Shown here: positions 13,501-25,971 of the stretch, piece after piece
How positions within the stretch are numbered: the stretch's first letter is position 1
How the letters are laid out: every line of letters begins with the position of its first letter
DNA from: Mytilus trossulus
Taxonomy: Eukaryota
NCBI RefSeq assembly: GCF_036588685.1
Contig: NC_086373.1
Span: forward strand, 6,820,001-6,884,000
Reading direction: 5' to 3'
Length of the DNA: 64,000 nucleotides
Translations under genes and position numbers: made by a program
Notes under the pieces: generated by a model
Database searches by the model: none
Told to the model about the DNA's origin: nothing
What the model saw: the letters and a program-made list of their open reading frames with translations, nothing else

Positions 13501-16500
13501 TGTAAGAATACATGTATAAAACATAGTCCATTAAGTACTCTATATATGAGCTGAAATTAAATGATTAAATGTACCTTTCAGGTTTTTCAATATATCACAT
13601 TGCTTACTTATTCCTCCTACATATTCCATTTTTCATTTTCTTTTGTTGTCTTAACTTTTATCCTGTCGTTCGTTTTTGACCCATCCCACTGTATTATTTA
13701 AAAAGAACTATACATGCTTTGAACTAATTTTTTATATTTAAAAACAATCATGACCTTCTTTAAAAGTTTCATGGTTTTAAAGTATCATTACTTTAAAATT
13801 AATTTAGCTTGTACAGCTTGCCTATACACTTTTTCACATGAATATGCAGTAAACATGAATATGCAGTAAACATTTGAAAATTGCCAACTAACAACAATGT
13901 CTCAATCTTATAGACATGGATATATCTGTGACAAGAAACTTACATTCCAGTGAATACTAAACTGTACTCATCTGTCTGGTGGTGGGGTGCAATGTAGTAA
14001 AAGTTAAGTATCTTGATCTGGAACACACTGTAGTAGGCACAGAAACACAAATAGGCTATTGTAATAATTGAAGCCAGCTGTAAAGAAATGTATTTATCAT
14101 TATTTTGAGGAATGCAGTTGGAAATGAGGTACAAATGTATTGATTTTATCCATGATCATTGATAAATTGATAAAATTACAATGCAATTAAAATCTATTTT
14201 TTAAAACTAATTATCTTTCAATTTCTTTAGGGTTAACCCTTTCCTCCATTGAATTTTTTTTTTTGCATACCTGATTTGCATAGGATTTTTCAATAAAATG
14301 CTAAAAATATACTTTAAAGTATTAATTCATTGCGAATAACAAATATTTCATCAAATAAATTTAAGTTGGATATTCCTATGATATTCCTTTAAATATTGGA
14401 TACAAATTTTAATAAGTTTACTGCAAACACTTTGTAGTCAAAGCGTTTCAACTGAGGTACTACACAGGCGTCAAAAGGCGTCATTATGGAGTAAAGGGGG
14501 TGGCGTCAAAAAGCGTCATTATGGAGGAAAGGGTTAAAAGAAATCTCATTATTTCCGTACATGTATTCTCTGTTCAACCCTGCAGCATCTTCATATGCTT
14601 GTTCAAAGTCAAGAACCTCAATGGAAGGTGATTTATTTTGTCATCTTAATAGATTTTTGTTGTATAAAATATTTGGTGTTGATGGCAAGTCATGATAGTC
14701 ACTTTTTAAATGTATTCTGTTTTCAGGGGTTCGACGACTTACAGAAAAGAGCGACGATTTACAGAAAAGAACCGAAAAGGACCGAAAAGGACCAAAAAGA
14801 ACCGAAAAGGACCGAAAAGAACCGAAAAGGATATCGATTTTTTTTTGTAATAGAATGAAATAAGCAAATTGCATTTAATCATTGAAAACCTTATACTGTG
14901 ACAGAACTAATTTTAACGCACATGTATGTGGAATTAACTTATAGAATAGAAAAATAGAAAAGATCTTTTTTATTCACCAAATAAGGGCCCCTAGGAGGGC
15001 ATATAGCATACAAATAATAACATATGCAATACACATCGTCTGCATTAGATATGCCATTTCTTCCAAAAATGCGTTGCTCGATATCTAATTTATGAACCTG
15101 ATGTTCAGTGCATTGTTGTCGTTTGTTGATGTGGTTTGTGTTTCTTGTTTCTCGTTTTTATATTGATTAATCCGTTGGATTTCCCGTTTGAATGTTTCTT
15201 TCAATAGTCATTGTTGGGGGCCCATTTCAAACTTGCTGTTTGGTGTGTGCAGGCTCCGTGTTGAAGACCGTATTTTGACTTATAATAGTTTAGCTGTACA
15301 AATTATGACTTTGATTGGGAGTTTTCACACCTTCTGATATATATAAGAACAAATATGTAAATGATAAGATTAAAATCCTTGATGAAAAAATAAATAATTA
15401 AGCATACATGTATTAAACAAAATTTAACTAGAAAAACATGTTAAACTGTTTCTTATTTGTAAATTCACATATTCTTATAAATGCCAATCCAAATTTTTAA
15501 TTATGCATTCAATTTTGTTATTACGAAGAATTGTTAACAATATAAAAAAATATAATACATTGTTTTAACTTTATTTAATAAATATATGTATCCTCTTTTC
15601 GGTTCTTTTCGGTCCTTTTCGGTTCTTTTTGGTCCTTTTCGGTTCTTTTCGGTTCTTTTCTGTAATTCGTCGCTCTTTTCTGTAAATCGTTGGACCGTGT
15701 TTTCAGGGCGGTAAAGACCTGTCTCTGGTTGAAAGTGTAAATTGACCTCTAGATGTCATTTGATTTATTGCATTGTTTGGTTGCTGTCTCATTGTTAAAT
15801 ACTCTTTAGATCTCTTTTACCCTTACTTTTAGTAGACTCTACAGAAATAAACAAAAAATCTGAATCTGGTTGTTCTAATGAGTTATATAATCAAACATGT
15901 TTCATACTAGACACATGTCTCTTTTGACACTGATCATGCTTTTACATTTTATACATTATAGCATATAAACTCACCTCAATGTAAACAAGTCTAAATTGAA
16001 AACTCACCTCAATGTAAACAAGTCTAAATTGAAAACTCATCTCAATGTAAACAAGTCTAAATTGAAAACTCACCTCAATGTAAACAAGTCTAAATTGAAA
16101 ACTCACCTCAATGTATACATAGTCATAGTTGTGCTTGGCTACATTAAGGAACACAGCAAATAATGATAGGACTGGAGATTTTATGAAGAATAAGCATTCT
16201 GACCATACGACCATGAAAGAGAAAATTGCTAAAATAACAGTAACCACTCTAAATGTCCATGGTCGTGCCCAACATTTCCAATACCATTCTGAAATTATAT
16301 AATTTAAAAATACAAAAAAATCAAATATCATGTACATGTACCAAATAAACAATCTCAAACATGACCAATACACAAACAATTTAGAAGTAAGCAAGGATTT
16401 AAGTTTAACTTACGCATTCATTTAAGAAAAGTTGTTAGAACTCAAACTCTAAACAAACTCTTAATAAAAAATATTTTTCTAATCAAAAGAAGTATTTTGT

Positions 16501-19500
16501 TTCGATAAAGCAATAACTAAAGAAACTTACCAACGGTTGGTGTATAAATACTACGCCACCACCCCTTCTCCACCATAAATGACCTTTTGAACCTTCTCTC
16601 TGGACTATTTCTATTCATTTCCTCATCCTCTAAATTGAATGCCTTCTCCATTAAATTATTCCATTGAATCTGAGTACGTCTGTGTGTCTGGCTAGCCTGT
16701 ATTACACGTTTGTGTAGTTTCACAAGAGCTTTTTCACTAATGACATCTTGAGCAGCATTGTAGTCTTCATAATCATCTACATTGGGTTTAACAGACTTTC
16801 TCAACGATTCAGGACACTGAAATCAATATAAAAATAAAATAATAATCATCTACATTGGGTTTAACAGACTTTCTCAAAGATTCAGGACACTGAAATCAAT
16901 ATAAAAATAAAATAATAATCATCTACATTGGGGTTTAACAGACTTTCTCAACGATACAGGACACTGAAATCAATATAAAAATAAAATAATAATCATCTAC
17001 ATTGGGTTTAACAGACTTTCTCAACGATTCAGGGCACTGAAATCAATATAAAAATAAAATAATAATCATCTACAATGGGTTTAACAGACTTTCTCAACGA
17101 TACAGGACACTGAAATCAATATAAAAATAAAACAATAATCATCTACATTGGGTTTAACAGACTTTCTCAACGATTCAGGACACTGAAATCAATATAAAAA
17201 TAAAATAATAATCATCTACAATGGGTTTAACAGACTTTCTCAACGATACAGGACACTGAAATCAATATAAAAATAAAATAATAATCATCTACATTGGGTT
17301 TAACAGATTTTCTCAACGATTCAGGACACTGAAATTAATATAAAAATAAAATAATAATCATCTACATTGGGTTTAACAGACTTTCTCAACGATTCAGGAC
17401 ACTGAAATTAATATAAAAATAAAATAATAATCATTTACATTGGGTTTAACAGACTTTCTCAACGATTCAGGACACTGAAATTAATATAAAAATAAAATAA
17501 TAATCATCTACATTGGGTTTAACAGACTTTCTCAACGATTCAGGACACTGAAATTAATATAAAAATAAAATAATAATCATCTACATTGGGTTTAACAGAC
17601 TTTCTCAACGATTCAGGACACTGAAATTAATATAAAAATAAAATAATAATCATCTACATTGGGTTTAACAGACTTTCTCAACGATTCAGGACACTGAAAT
17701 AGATATAAAAATAAAATAATAATCATCTACATTGGGTTTAACAGACTTTCTCAACGATTCAGGACACTGAAATAGATATAAAAATAAAATAATAATCATC
17801 TACATTGGGTTTAACAGACTTTCTCAACGATTCAGGACACTGAAATCAATATAAAAATAAAACAATAATCATCTACATTGGGTTTAACAGACTTTCTCAA
17901 AGATTCAGGACACTAAAATCAATATAAAAATAAAATAATAATCATCTACATTGGGTTTAACAGACTTTCTCAACGATTCAGGACACTGAAATCAATATAA
18001 AAATAAAATAATAATCATCTACATTGGGTTTAACAGACTTTCTCAACGATTCAGGACACTGAAATCAATATAAAAATAAAATAATAATCATCTACATTGG
18101 GTTTAACAGACTTTCTCAACGATTCAGGACACTGAAATCAATATAAAAATAAAATAATAATCATCTACATTGGGTTTAACAGACTTTCTCAACGATTCAG
18201 GACACTGAAATCAATATAAAAATAAAATAATAATCATCTACATTGGGTTTAACAGACTTTCTCAAAGATTCAGGACACTAAAATCAATATAAAAATAAAA
18301 TAAAAGTGCTGTAAATTCAGAAATTATTGGAACATTTTAATTTATGCCAATTATGCGCAATTTGAAATATTTTATATGAATTAAACAAGATTTTTCTTAA
18401 TATCTCAAAAGTTCAAATTAGTCTAAAAAAACATTAACGCAATTTAATAAATGCATGCAACAATTTCTGAATTTTCAGTTCATTGACACAACAAATACCA
18501 TCTGTATACAGTATTAAATCCAATCTCAAGTCAAACCTCATTTTATACTGAAGATGAAAGGTTGGGTTTTTAATTATGCAGATGCATAAAGGGGAGAATC
18601 ATATATCATAATAAAGATAAAAAAAAAAGATGTGGTATAAGTGCCAATGAGACAGCTCTCACACCCAAGTCACAATTTGTAAAAGTAAACCATTACAGGC
18701 CATCAGAACAAACACATAATGACCCTACCTTAGATAAGACTGTATCCACATGTTGTCTCAATGGATTATTGTAACATACTTTGTCAGACACTTGCTTTAT
18801 CTCCTGTAATAGAAGGGAGGTAATACAATTATATGTATGATCAATTCATATCTAATAAAGCAGTGTTCTCCCCAGGATTTTTGGATAGCGCTGTGGTAAG
18901 CGCGTGATTTTCCACAATTCTCAGTAATTTTGTCGCGTCGCGTGGTTAGTTTGTAATTGATTTTTTATGTGTTTTTCCTATATTATGCTATTGATGTTTT
19001 CTCTTATAATGATGTCCTCATCATGCTCATGGAAGTTACCCTTTGTTTGCTAATGTTATTGTCTGGATATAGACATGATAGAAGAAAAGTCTTTTTCTCC
19101 ATTGTAAATTCAAATAATCCTCATATTATTATCTGTCTGTAAAACCCAAGGAGAAGTCTTTTCCATGGTAGGTCTTTACCAGACTGCCTATGTGAAGATT
19201 TCTTATTACTAACAGGTGATGTTGCAGAACATGTAGGACCAACAATAAAGTCATTGTCAGCTTCTGTGAGAAAGTTTTCAATGACAAGATTGGTATTTTT
19301 TACATTTACTTTTATAAACATTTCTAGCAAAGTGCAACTTTGCAATAAAAATGAGTATAGTATTTCAAAGGAAGAAATGAACTTGCCCTTTCAATAATAT
19401 TCAAATGTTATCAAAGATTTGCTTAAAAAAAGGCTAAAATATTCCAATTATGAATTATGAATACAACATGTATGAAAGAAATCCTATGAATATTTTAAAG

Positions 19501-22500
19501 ATATTTTTTTTATTTTAAAGGTAAATTACCAATCAAATACATTATGTATGCCAATTGAAGCAATTAACACCTTTAGAGGTTGTGTTTGATAATTCTATAA
19601 ACATTTGAATACGTGCCACCAGATAAGTTTGTCAAGATTTGACAATACTTCTTTTAGGTCTTTCCCTCCCAAATTATCTCCCTTACTGGCTGACACAACT
19701 TCCTGTTTAAATTTGTGGCCTTTTTAGCATTAAATACTATTCCTAATCCAAGCCATCCTCTGTTTACATTAAATTCAAAGCAATATTTAATGAATATATA
19801 TTGATGATTGGTTGACAAATATCGATATTTCATATATATCTACACAAAATTTTCGTTTTGTCTTATTCCCTTATCCATTTGAAAAAGAGCCACGGATGGA
19901 AAAGTAATCGTAATATACGGGCTTATAATGAATCCCTTGATAACAGGGTTGCCTCCTTCAAACAATTCAGGTTCGACAGTTCGGTAGTAAAAGCGAAAAA
20001 GTAATGATATAGTCATAGATGGTTCAATCAATGGTCGAGACCACGTTGTCAGAGAAGGGGATAACACTTCCCTTATATTTTTTAGAAATGAACTTTTCAT
20101 CACCCGAGACATGCATTAAATGTCTCTGTCCATTCCTTTCTTAAGTTTCGGTATCTTTTAAAAGCGAAAAATTCCGAGGAAGGAAAGGTTAATTTGGCAG
20201 TAAAAGTTTTGCAAATGGCGCCATTTTGATCATTTATTGAACTGGTCCCTACGATATTTGACATCAATGGGTGAATTAACTATCTCTCGGATAAATAAAC
20301 CAGTCGATCACGTGATCGGGATGTGTACAAAACAATTTGAAATTCAAAATCAATAGCGCTGATTTTGATTGGATAGCGCCGCGGTCTGCCCAAATACCAC
20401 CGCGGTGAATTCAAATAGCGCTGAACATCGCAGCGCTAAAACGGCCTGGGGAGAACACTGTAAAGTCTACTCATATAACATGTAACATACCTATTAATAT
20501 ACCCATTCAGTCCAAAAATAAATAGGAACTAAAAACTGCAAGAGGATTGTGCATATGCACATGTTATTTAAGAATGTCAATGGCTTGTGAACATTGATGC
20601 ATGGGTCTAAGCATATAATGTTATCTTAGTAAAGCCCATGGCCTATGGAAAAAAAAAATTCACAACATTATCACAATTAAAAAATAATTGACCTACCACT
20701 AGTGGTTTCCCATAAACTAACCTAATCTGAATCACAAACTATAAATACATGTTAACTAGGTAAAAGTCAATAGACTGAGGAGTCAGGACTAAATAATATC
20801 CATGCAAATGAGATGTGCCAATGCAAAAAATGCATACCAAGTTTTATTGATCTACCACTAGTGGCTACCTACAGATTGACCTAATCACAAACTAATACAT
20901 TGTTTAAGTTACTGCTGCATTTGCCAACAACACCATATCTCTGTTTCGCTTTTTGATTTCGTCAAGGCAAGACAAAAATTGCCTCCATCATACAGAAATA
21001 ATAATTTTTAAATTTTGTAAAATTTTTAAAACTTTCTTAAAATAGTAGAAAGAGGAATATTTGTTTCAAGTTCAATTTCTAAAGATATTTTCATAAACAA
21101 TATTTTGATTTATGATCCCAAAAATTAAAAAATAATATTTGAAATTGCAATTCTTTAAGAATTTCACAAACCTCAAGTACATCTTCAAGATTTTCTTCTG
21201 CTTCTGTTTTTTCTGTGCTGAGTTTAGAAATTTTAAACTGTGTTCTTCCCAACATATGTCCATGTTTACTGCTATTCCAAACAGTGCGAGGGACTTCTAC
21301 TAATCCATAACCAAGTAACAGGACAAGTAAGAACAAACCCCAGGTATTACTAGCTGTTATTCCAATCACTTTTAACTTCTCTCTGAATAATTTAAGCAAG
21401 GTAAGTATGCTTCAATATAGTAGAAATTTATAAATCAACTATGTTCTTAATTCTAATCTTTAATTTAAATGTCTGACCGTCTGATCATTTATTCAAGCAC
21501 AATAATATTAGATACTGCTTTAACAAGTTGATGTTTTGCTAGAACACAAAAGAAAGTGCTACCAGATACTCTAACAACAGCTACTAAAATAGGCACAATT
21601 TCATGAACTCTTTTAAAAATATGAAAACCTGACAAAATCAAACTTGACCTGTGTTTTATCATAGGCGTTGATGTGTTCACAATTTCTTTTTTATGTACAT
21701 GTAGTGACCAGAAATACATTTTTACAATATGTATTTTACTTTACATAGAATAAATCAGAAAAACTGAATACTGACTGAACTAGTTTTAACTGGTCTTAGC
21801 TATCAACCTTTATGCAGCAATACATGCCTGTTTCGTTAATGTATAGATGTTAATCATAAGCAATAAATACCAAATCAGTAAATATAATACTTAACATGGC
21901 ACCATCTCATGAAAAGGTTAATTTTCGTAAAAGAGCACAAATGTCTAAAAGAGACTTGAGTTCTAAACACAAAAACCAAAAGCCTTCTAGGTAGTTTACA
22001 TGTGGAGAACAATGTGATCTAACTGCAATGTATCTTCTTTTCCATTTTATTTTTAACTATAAAACTTACGCATCAATATGAAGATCTGGTCTTGCTGCTA
22101 CATAAATCAAACAAATACCAAATATTAATAGATACGTTCCATAGTATATGGCATTTTCTATCAAAGCTGTTTTTATCTTTCCTGCTACACTGAAATCTCC
22201 AGCTGTGGAATAGGACTGCATCAGTGGTAATAGAAGCCTATGAAAAAAAGAAATATCAGGTAAGTTATCTACTCAATCTTAATCATCTACAAATAAAAAG
22301 AGATGTAAAATGAAAAAGCAAGATGCGTGGCACAAAAAAGACAAAAGACATTTCAAAATCGATAAAAAATAACACATTCAAAAAATTATTTGTAAAGCTA
22401 ATCCTACATCGTACATGTACTTCTTAATACCCTTATAAATATTTAAAGTAAAGTAAATGTGAATGTTTTTTCTTTTCAGTAGTCTCTAAGTTAGCATTTT

Positions 22501-24736
22501 ACTGAAAGAACACACTTAAAGGATCTTAAAAAAGAGCAAAACAGATAATTTTTGCTTGATAAGTTTTTTTGTGTGCTTTTGAAGATGAAAAACAAATTAA
22601 AACTGTGCATGTTCTGATTTTTTCTGAACCAGACTGTTTTACATAGTTATTTCAAGGCCTTTTTATAGCTGACTATGCAGTATGGGCTTTGCTCATTGTT
22701 GAAGGCAGTATGGTGACCTATAGTTTCTGTCATTTTGGTCTCTTGTGGAGAATTGTCTCAATGGCAATCATACAACATCTTCTTTTTTATGTTAACACAT
22801 CTCACAAAGATATTTCTGACAGAAAATGTAATCTTTCTACAGTGGATTCATTTATGTTCATGGGTACCAATTTTTTGTGGAATATGAAAACCTTACATAT
22901 TTAGAGGATATTTAATTTTGTGGTTTTGCCAAAGTCTGCATACAAGCCTATAGAAAATTTGTCATTCTTTGAACATTTAATTTCTTGGTTCACCTGTACC
23001 AACAAAATCCACGAAAATTGGTATCCAACAAATAATAATGAATCTACATGTACAGTAGCTTACCAAGTAAGGAATTGAGATGACCAATATACAACATGCC
23101 AAAGTGCAGGTAAAACATTATCTGGTACATGACTGAGAGGTTTTTGACATTGAGAAGATTCTGCACTATATTTCTGTGAAGGTGTTGGTCCTGGTGTTGT
23201 AGTCACATTTGTGGTACTAGTGGTATTAGATGGGTCTGGAGTTGTTACTGCAGGAGACTGGTTGTCTTGAAGGCATTGTCTGTAAAATGTCTGAAATAAT
23301 GCAAAGTTACATCTATATTACAAGGGCTCTCCAGAAACTGAAGGATTTAAAAATTTAATATATACATGTGTACATATACACTGTTTTGAAAAATAATGGG
23401 AAATTGAACTAGAGGCTCTCAAGAGCCTGTATCACTCACCTGATTCTACTTGGGTTTTTGAAATCATATAAAAAAAATATAAAATTTGGCTAAAAGTGAC
23501 AACACAACCTCATAAGGAAAGGAACATTCAGGCCATGTTTAATGTCATTCAAAAGTCCCCCACTGGCGGCCATCTTGGATGACTCATCGGCTACAAAGTA
23601 ACAACACTTGGTCAGCACCTCTATGGAACATTCATGCCGTGTTTGGTTTTATTCCATTCAGTGGTTCTCTAAAAGAAGTCATTTGTATGCATTTCCCATA
23701 GGGTCCTATGTTAAACGAAGTCCCCTGCTGGCGGCCATCTTGGATAATGGATCGGCTACAAAGTAACAACACTTGGTCAGCACCTCATAAGGAACATTCA
23801 TGCCATGTTTGGTTTCAGTCCATTCAGTGGTTCTCTAAAAGAAGTCATTTGTATGCATTTCCCAAAGGAGCCTATGTTAAACTAAGTCCCCCGCTGGCGG
23901 CCATCTTTGATAATGGATAGGCTACAAAGTAACAACACTTGGTTAGCACCACATTAGGAACATTCATGCCATGTTTGATTTCATTCCATTCAGTGGTTCT
24001 CTAAAAGAAATCATTTGTATGCATTTCCCATAGGGTCCTATGTTAAACTAAGTCCCCCGCAGGCAGCCATCTTGGATGATGGATCGGCTACAAAGTAACA
24101 ACACTTGGTCAGCACCTCATAAGGAACATTCATGCCATGTTTGGTTTCATTAATATTCCATTCAGTGGTTCTCAAGAAGAAGTTCAAAATGTAAAAAGTT
24201 AACGACGACAACGACGACGGATGAAGGACGACGGACGCCAAGTGGTGAGAAAAGCTTACTTAGCCCTTTGGGCCAGGTGAGCTAAAAATTGGGACAGACA
24301 GCAAAAACAAACTTCAAGGTATAACAGAGAAGTTCTTGAGAATCATAGTATGTCTTTATTCATGTTGCCATACATAATTATGTTTTCCATCTTGCAAATT
24401 TGGTCAAATTGAAATCTGAAAAGTACATTTTTTTTTACATGTACATAGGTTAAAAAACTACTATCTGTCATCAACAAGAGAAGATAACTGCATACATTTG
24501 TAAATTAACAAATTTATATCTAATTACCAGTGATTTGTAACTCATGTGAAAATGTTACTTACTGAAGAAACGTCTAATGGTAAAACAAACACTATCAGAA
24601 AGGAGAAGTACCATGCCACAAAAGTAGCTAATGTTGTCAATGCATGATTCTTCCTCAGGTCACCATAGCGATGTAATAAAAATGCAGCTAAACAACACGT
24701 ACATATAATCTCAACAACAAGGGGACCTGCACTCAT
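10558..24736 (-). CDS. LMBRD2: LMBR1 domain-containing protein 2 (~713 aa, 12 coding exons)
   Basis: Coding exons in transcript order: 24736-24563, 23290-23064, 22237-22070, 21382-21172, 18803-18729, 16816-16531, 16288-16107, 14077-13944, 13499-13391, 12908-12707, 11219-11073, 10784-10558. All introns are GT-AG with consistent phases; total 2142 nt. Motifs match LMBRD2: MSAGPLVVE...LLHRYG...VLPLDVS; [19 protein letters not shown]; [23 protein letters not shown]; HHQTDEYSL...[14 protein letters not shown]; C-terminal PPKGIFDDI. Confidence 0.95.
11746..12684. mobile_element. Helentron/pearl-like element with 161 bp tandem array (~4.5 copies) in LMBRD2 intron 10
   Basis: AACAAGAG start followed by hairpin GCTGTCacaacGACAGC; CTTTCAAGAACC recurs at 11969, 12130, 12291, 12452 (period 161); (CCGC/CCGA)n microsatellite at ~12599-12633; terminal hairpin AACCG..ATTTTTGTCACAAAAAT..CGGTT. 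Confidence 0.85.
12940..13250. mobile_element. Interspersed repeat fragment (SINE-like)
   Basis: ...tctacattggctagagatatagggagggttgagatctt...cccatttccattctcaatttta; the same 3' motif (ccccatttccattctcaat) recurs at ~32100-32150. Confidence 0.45.
14237..14533. mobile_element. piggyBac-type MITE
   Basis: TTAA-CCCTTTCCTCCAT ... ATGGAGGAAAGGG-TTAA: 13 bp perfect TIR with CCC ends and TTAA TSD. A degenerate duplicate of the right end lies at ~14467-14500. Confidence 0.88.
14727..15697. mobile_element. Mutator-like MITE with ~105 bp TIRs built from 10 bp subrepeats
   Basis: TIRs GGGTTCGACGACTTACAGAAAAGAGCGACGATTTACAGAAAA(GA/GACCGAAAA)n and its reverse complement at ~15590-15697; 9 bp TSD TGTTTTCAG at 14718-14726 and 15698-15706. 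Contains a SINE fragment at ~15100-15340. Confidence 0.88.
15968..16117 (-). repeat. 33 bp tandem array of the LMBRD2 exon 7 splice donor (5 copies)
   Basis: GAG|GTGAGT donors give possible exon ends at 16107, 16074, 16008 and 15975; the copy at 16041 is mutated to ATGAGT. The unit translates [11 protein letters not shown] in frame. Confidence 0.95.
16769..18303 (-). repeat. 73 bp minisatellite: 21 copies of the LMBRD2 exon 6 splice acceptor plus exon start
   Basis: Acceptor G positions (C on +) at 16817, 16890, 16964, then every 73 bp to 18278. Unit on the minus strand: TGTCCTGAATCGTTGAGAAAGTCTGTTAAACCCAAT-GTAGATGATTATTATTTTATTTTTATATTGATTTCAG. Confidence 0.97.
18309..18478. mobile_element. 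Short degenerate MITE (CTGT ends)
   Basis: CTGTAAATTCAGAAATTATTG ... CAACAATTTCTGAATTTTCAG inverted repeats; abuts the end of the 73 bp array. Confidence 0.65.
18861..20460. mobile_element. 1.6 kb non-autonomous DNA transposon, CAGTG ends, 5 bp TSD (hAT5-like)
   Basis: Perfect 16 bp TIR CAGTGTTCTCCCCAGG / CCTGGGGAGAACACTG; TSD TAAAG at 18856-18860 and 20461-20465; subterminal (T)AGCGCT repeats; no recognisable transposase ORF. Confidence 0.9.
22655..22790. mobile_element. Nin-domain-like SINE fragment
   Basis: Reverse complement of the repeat at 29740-30010 and 58395-58670 (ggccttttatagctgactatgc...gagaattgtctcaatggcaatcatacaacatcttctttttt). Confidence 0.7.
22840..23056. mobile_element. Short MITE related to family A
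   Basis: CAGTGGATTCATTTATGTTCATGGGTACCAATTTTTTGTGGA ... TCCACGAAAATTGGTATCCAACAAATAATAATGAATCTAC; ends just outside the LMBRD2 exon 2 donor. Confidence 0.7.
23408..24287. mobile_element. Helentron/pearl-like element with ~165 bp tandem array (BIV160-like size)
   Basis: AACTAGAGGCTCTCAAGAGCCT hairpin start; GGCTACAAAGTAACAACACTTGG at ~23589, 23754, 23920, 24086; (GAC)n microsatellite; terminal hairpin GCCCTTTGGGC followed by AGGTGAGCTAAAAA. Confidence 0.85.
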
Positions 24737-25382
24737 TCTATCATTATAAAAACTTCAACTGAAAATAAACCATCAAATTAATGTTATCTTTATACATCAA
24801 AATTAATATTTTATCTTTCCACTGTTTTATCAAATATATATTTAGTCCAAGCCCAATCTGGCTATATAAACTCAAGCCAGTTTCAAGTCAGAAACCAGCT
24901 GTAATTCAGTGGATTAACAGTTTTTCTTTTGTGCATTATTTTGACAAAATGGATAATAAATAATTTCATAATGATCAAAGACTAAGTTTTTAATCTGGAA
25001 GATATGTAAAAGAAAGGCAGAAAGTTCAAAACCGCTATCAAACTCATTATAAACTGTTTAAATTAATTAATCTTTCTCTTTTGTCTTCATAAAGAATCTT
25101 TGTTTTTACTTCTACCAAGCTAACTTGTATTTTATTTTACATAGAACACATAACAATAATACCAGATTGACTTTGTACATGTTGTAAATACCAATGAACA
25201 ATAATCTTAATAAATCACAAGTAATAATATATCATGTAATCACAAAAAGATATTTCATTTAAAAAAATCATGAATTCATAAAATTATAAACATCTTGGTA
25301 TTCAACATAAAATTGAATAAAAAAATAATTGCGAATAGACCATGGGCTATCATAGTTATACTGCATGTATATATATTGACTG

Positions 25383-25971
25383 AATACACATTATTACTAT
25401 TTGTCCACAATTACTGGACTTCACACAGGTTCCCCATAAAATTTTGACTTCATAATACAGTGATATTGTTTGCCTTAAATTAGTGGAGAATAACGGCTTT
25501 TTCCCCTGGAGTCAAGAATCCCAATTTGAAAATGAATGGGTTTAAATTATTCCCAAAAAGACAACTATTTCCCAAACAGTGTAGTCTCAGTAGTAATTGT
25601 GCATGAATACAAACTGAAAAACACTCATTTAAACAATTTTCAAGCCTCAAAATTACTATATGTGCACATTTAAGGGTCATTATACTGATATAATGGGGTC
25701 TTATTTTAAAGCAGGGTTAGACTCTTGAAAAAGCTAGGGTCTGTAAATTGAAGTTTCAGTCAAATTCATTGTTTATTTTATATTTCCCAATTTGATGAAA
25801 ATGACGCATATTTCCCAATAAAAAACGGTAGAGGTAGTTTTGAAAAAAGCCAACAATATCATTGTAATACAAAATATCTGACATCACAATTGGAAAAGTG
25901 ATTGTTAAACGACGTCAATAGGTCAAGCGGAACAGATTCTCTGGTCAGCTGGGAATAGTGGTAAGGTGTTT
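25383..25971. mobile_element. AATACAC-type MITE (family B) interrupted by a nested element
   Basis: Reverse-orientation homologue of 27255-27413, split at TAATA by the 25458-25864 insertion. Confidence 0.7.
25458..25864. mobile_element. Non-autonomous element, CAGTG ends, 5 bp TSD (hAT5-like)
   Basis: TIR CAGTGATATTGTT / AACAATATCATTG; TSD TAATA at 25453-25457 and 25865-25869. Removing it restores the host MITE sequence. Confidence 0.82.

Noticed and set aside
13837-13873. 17 bp direct repeat CATGAATATGCAGTAAA x2
   Set aside because: Ordinary small slippage duplication in an intron.
16769-18303. CRISPR-like appearance of the regular array
   Set aside because: No unique spacers, no cas genes and a eukaryotic intron context; it is a plain head-to-tail tandem repeat.
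19121-20112. ORFs inside the 1.6 kb transposon as a transposase
   Set aside because: Short, with no DDE, BED-finger or dimerisation motif that I can recognise; kept only as possible decayed coding sequence.
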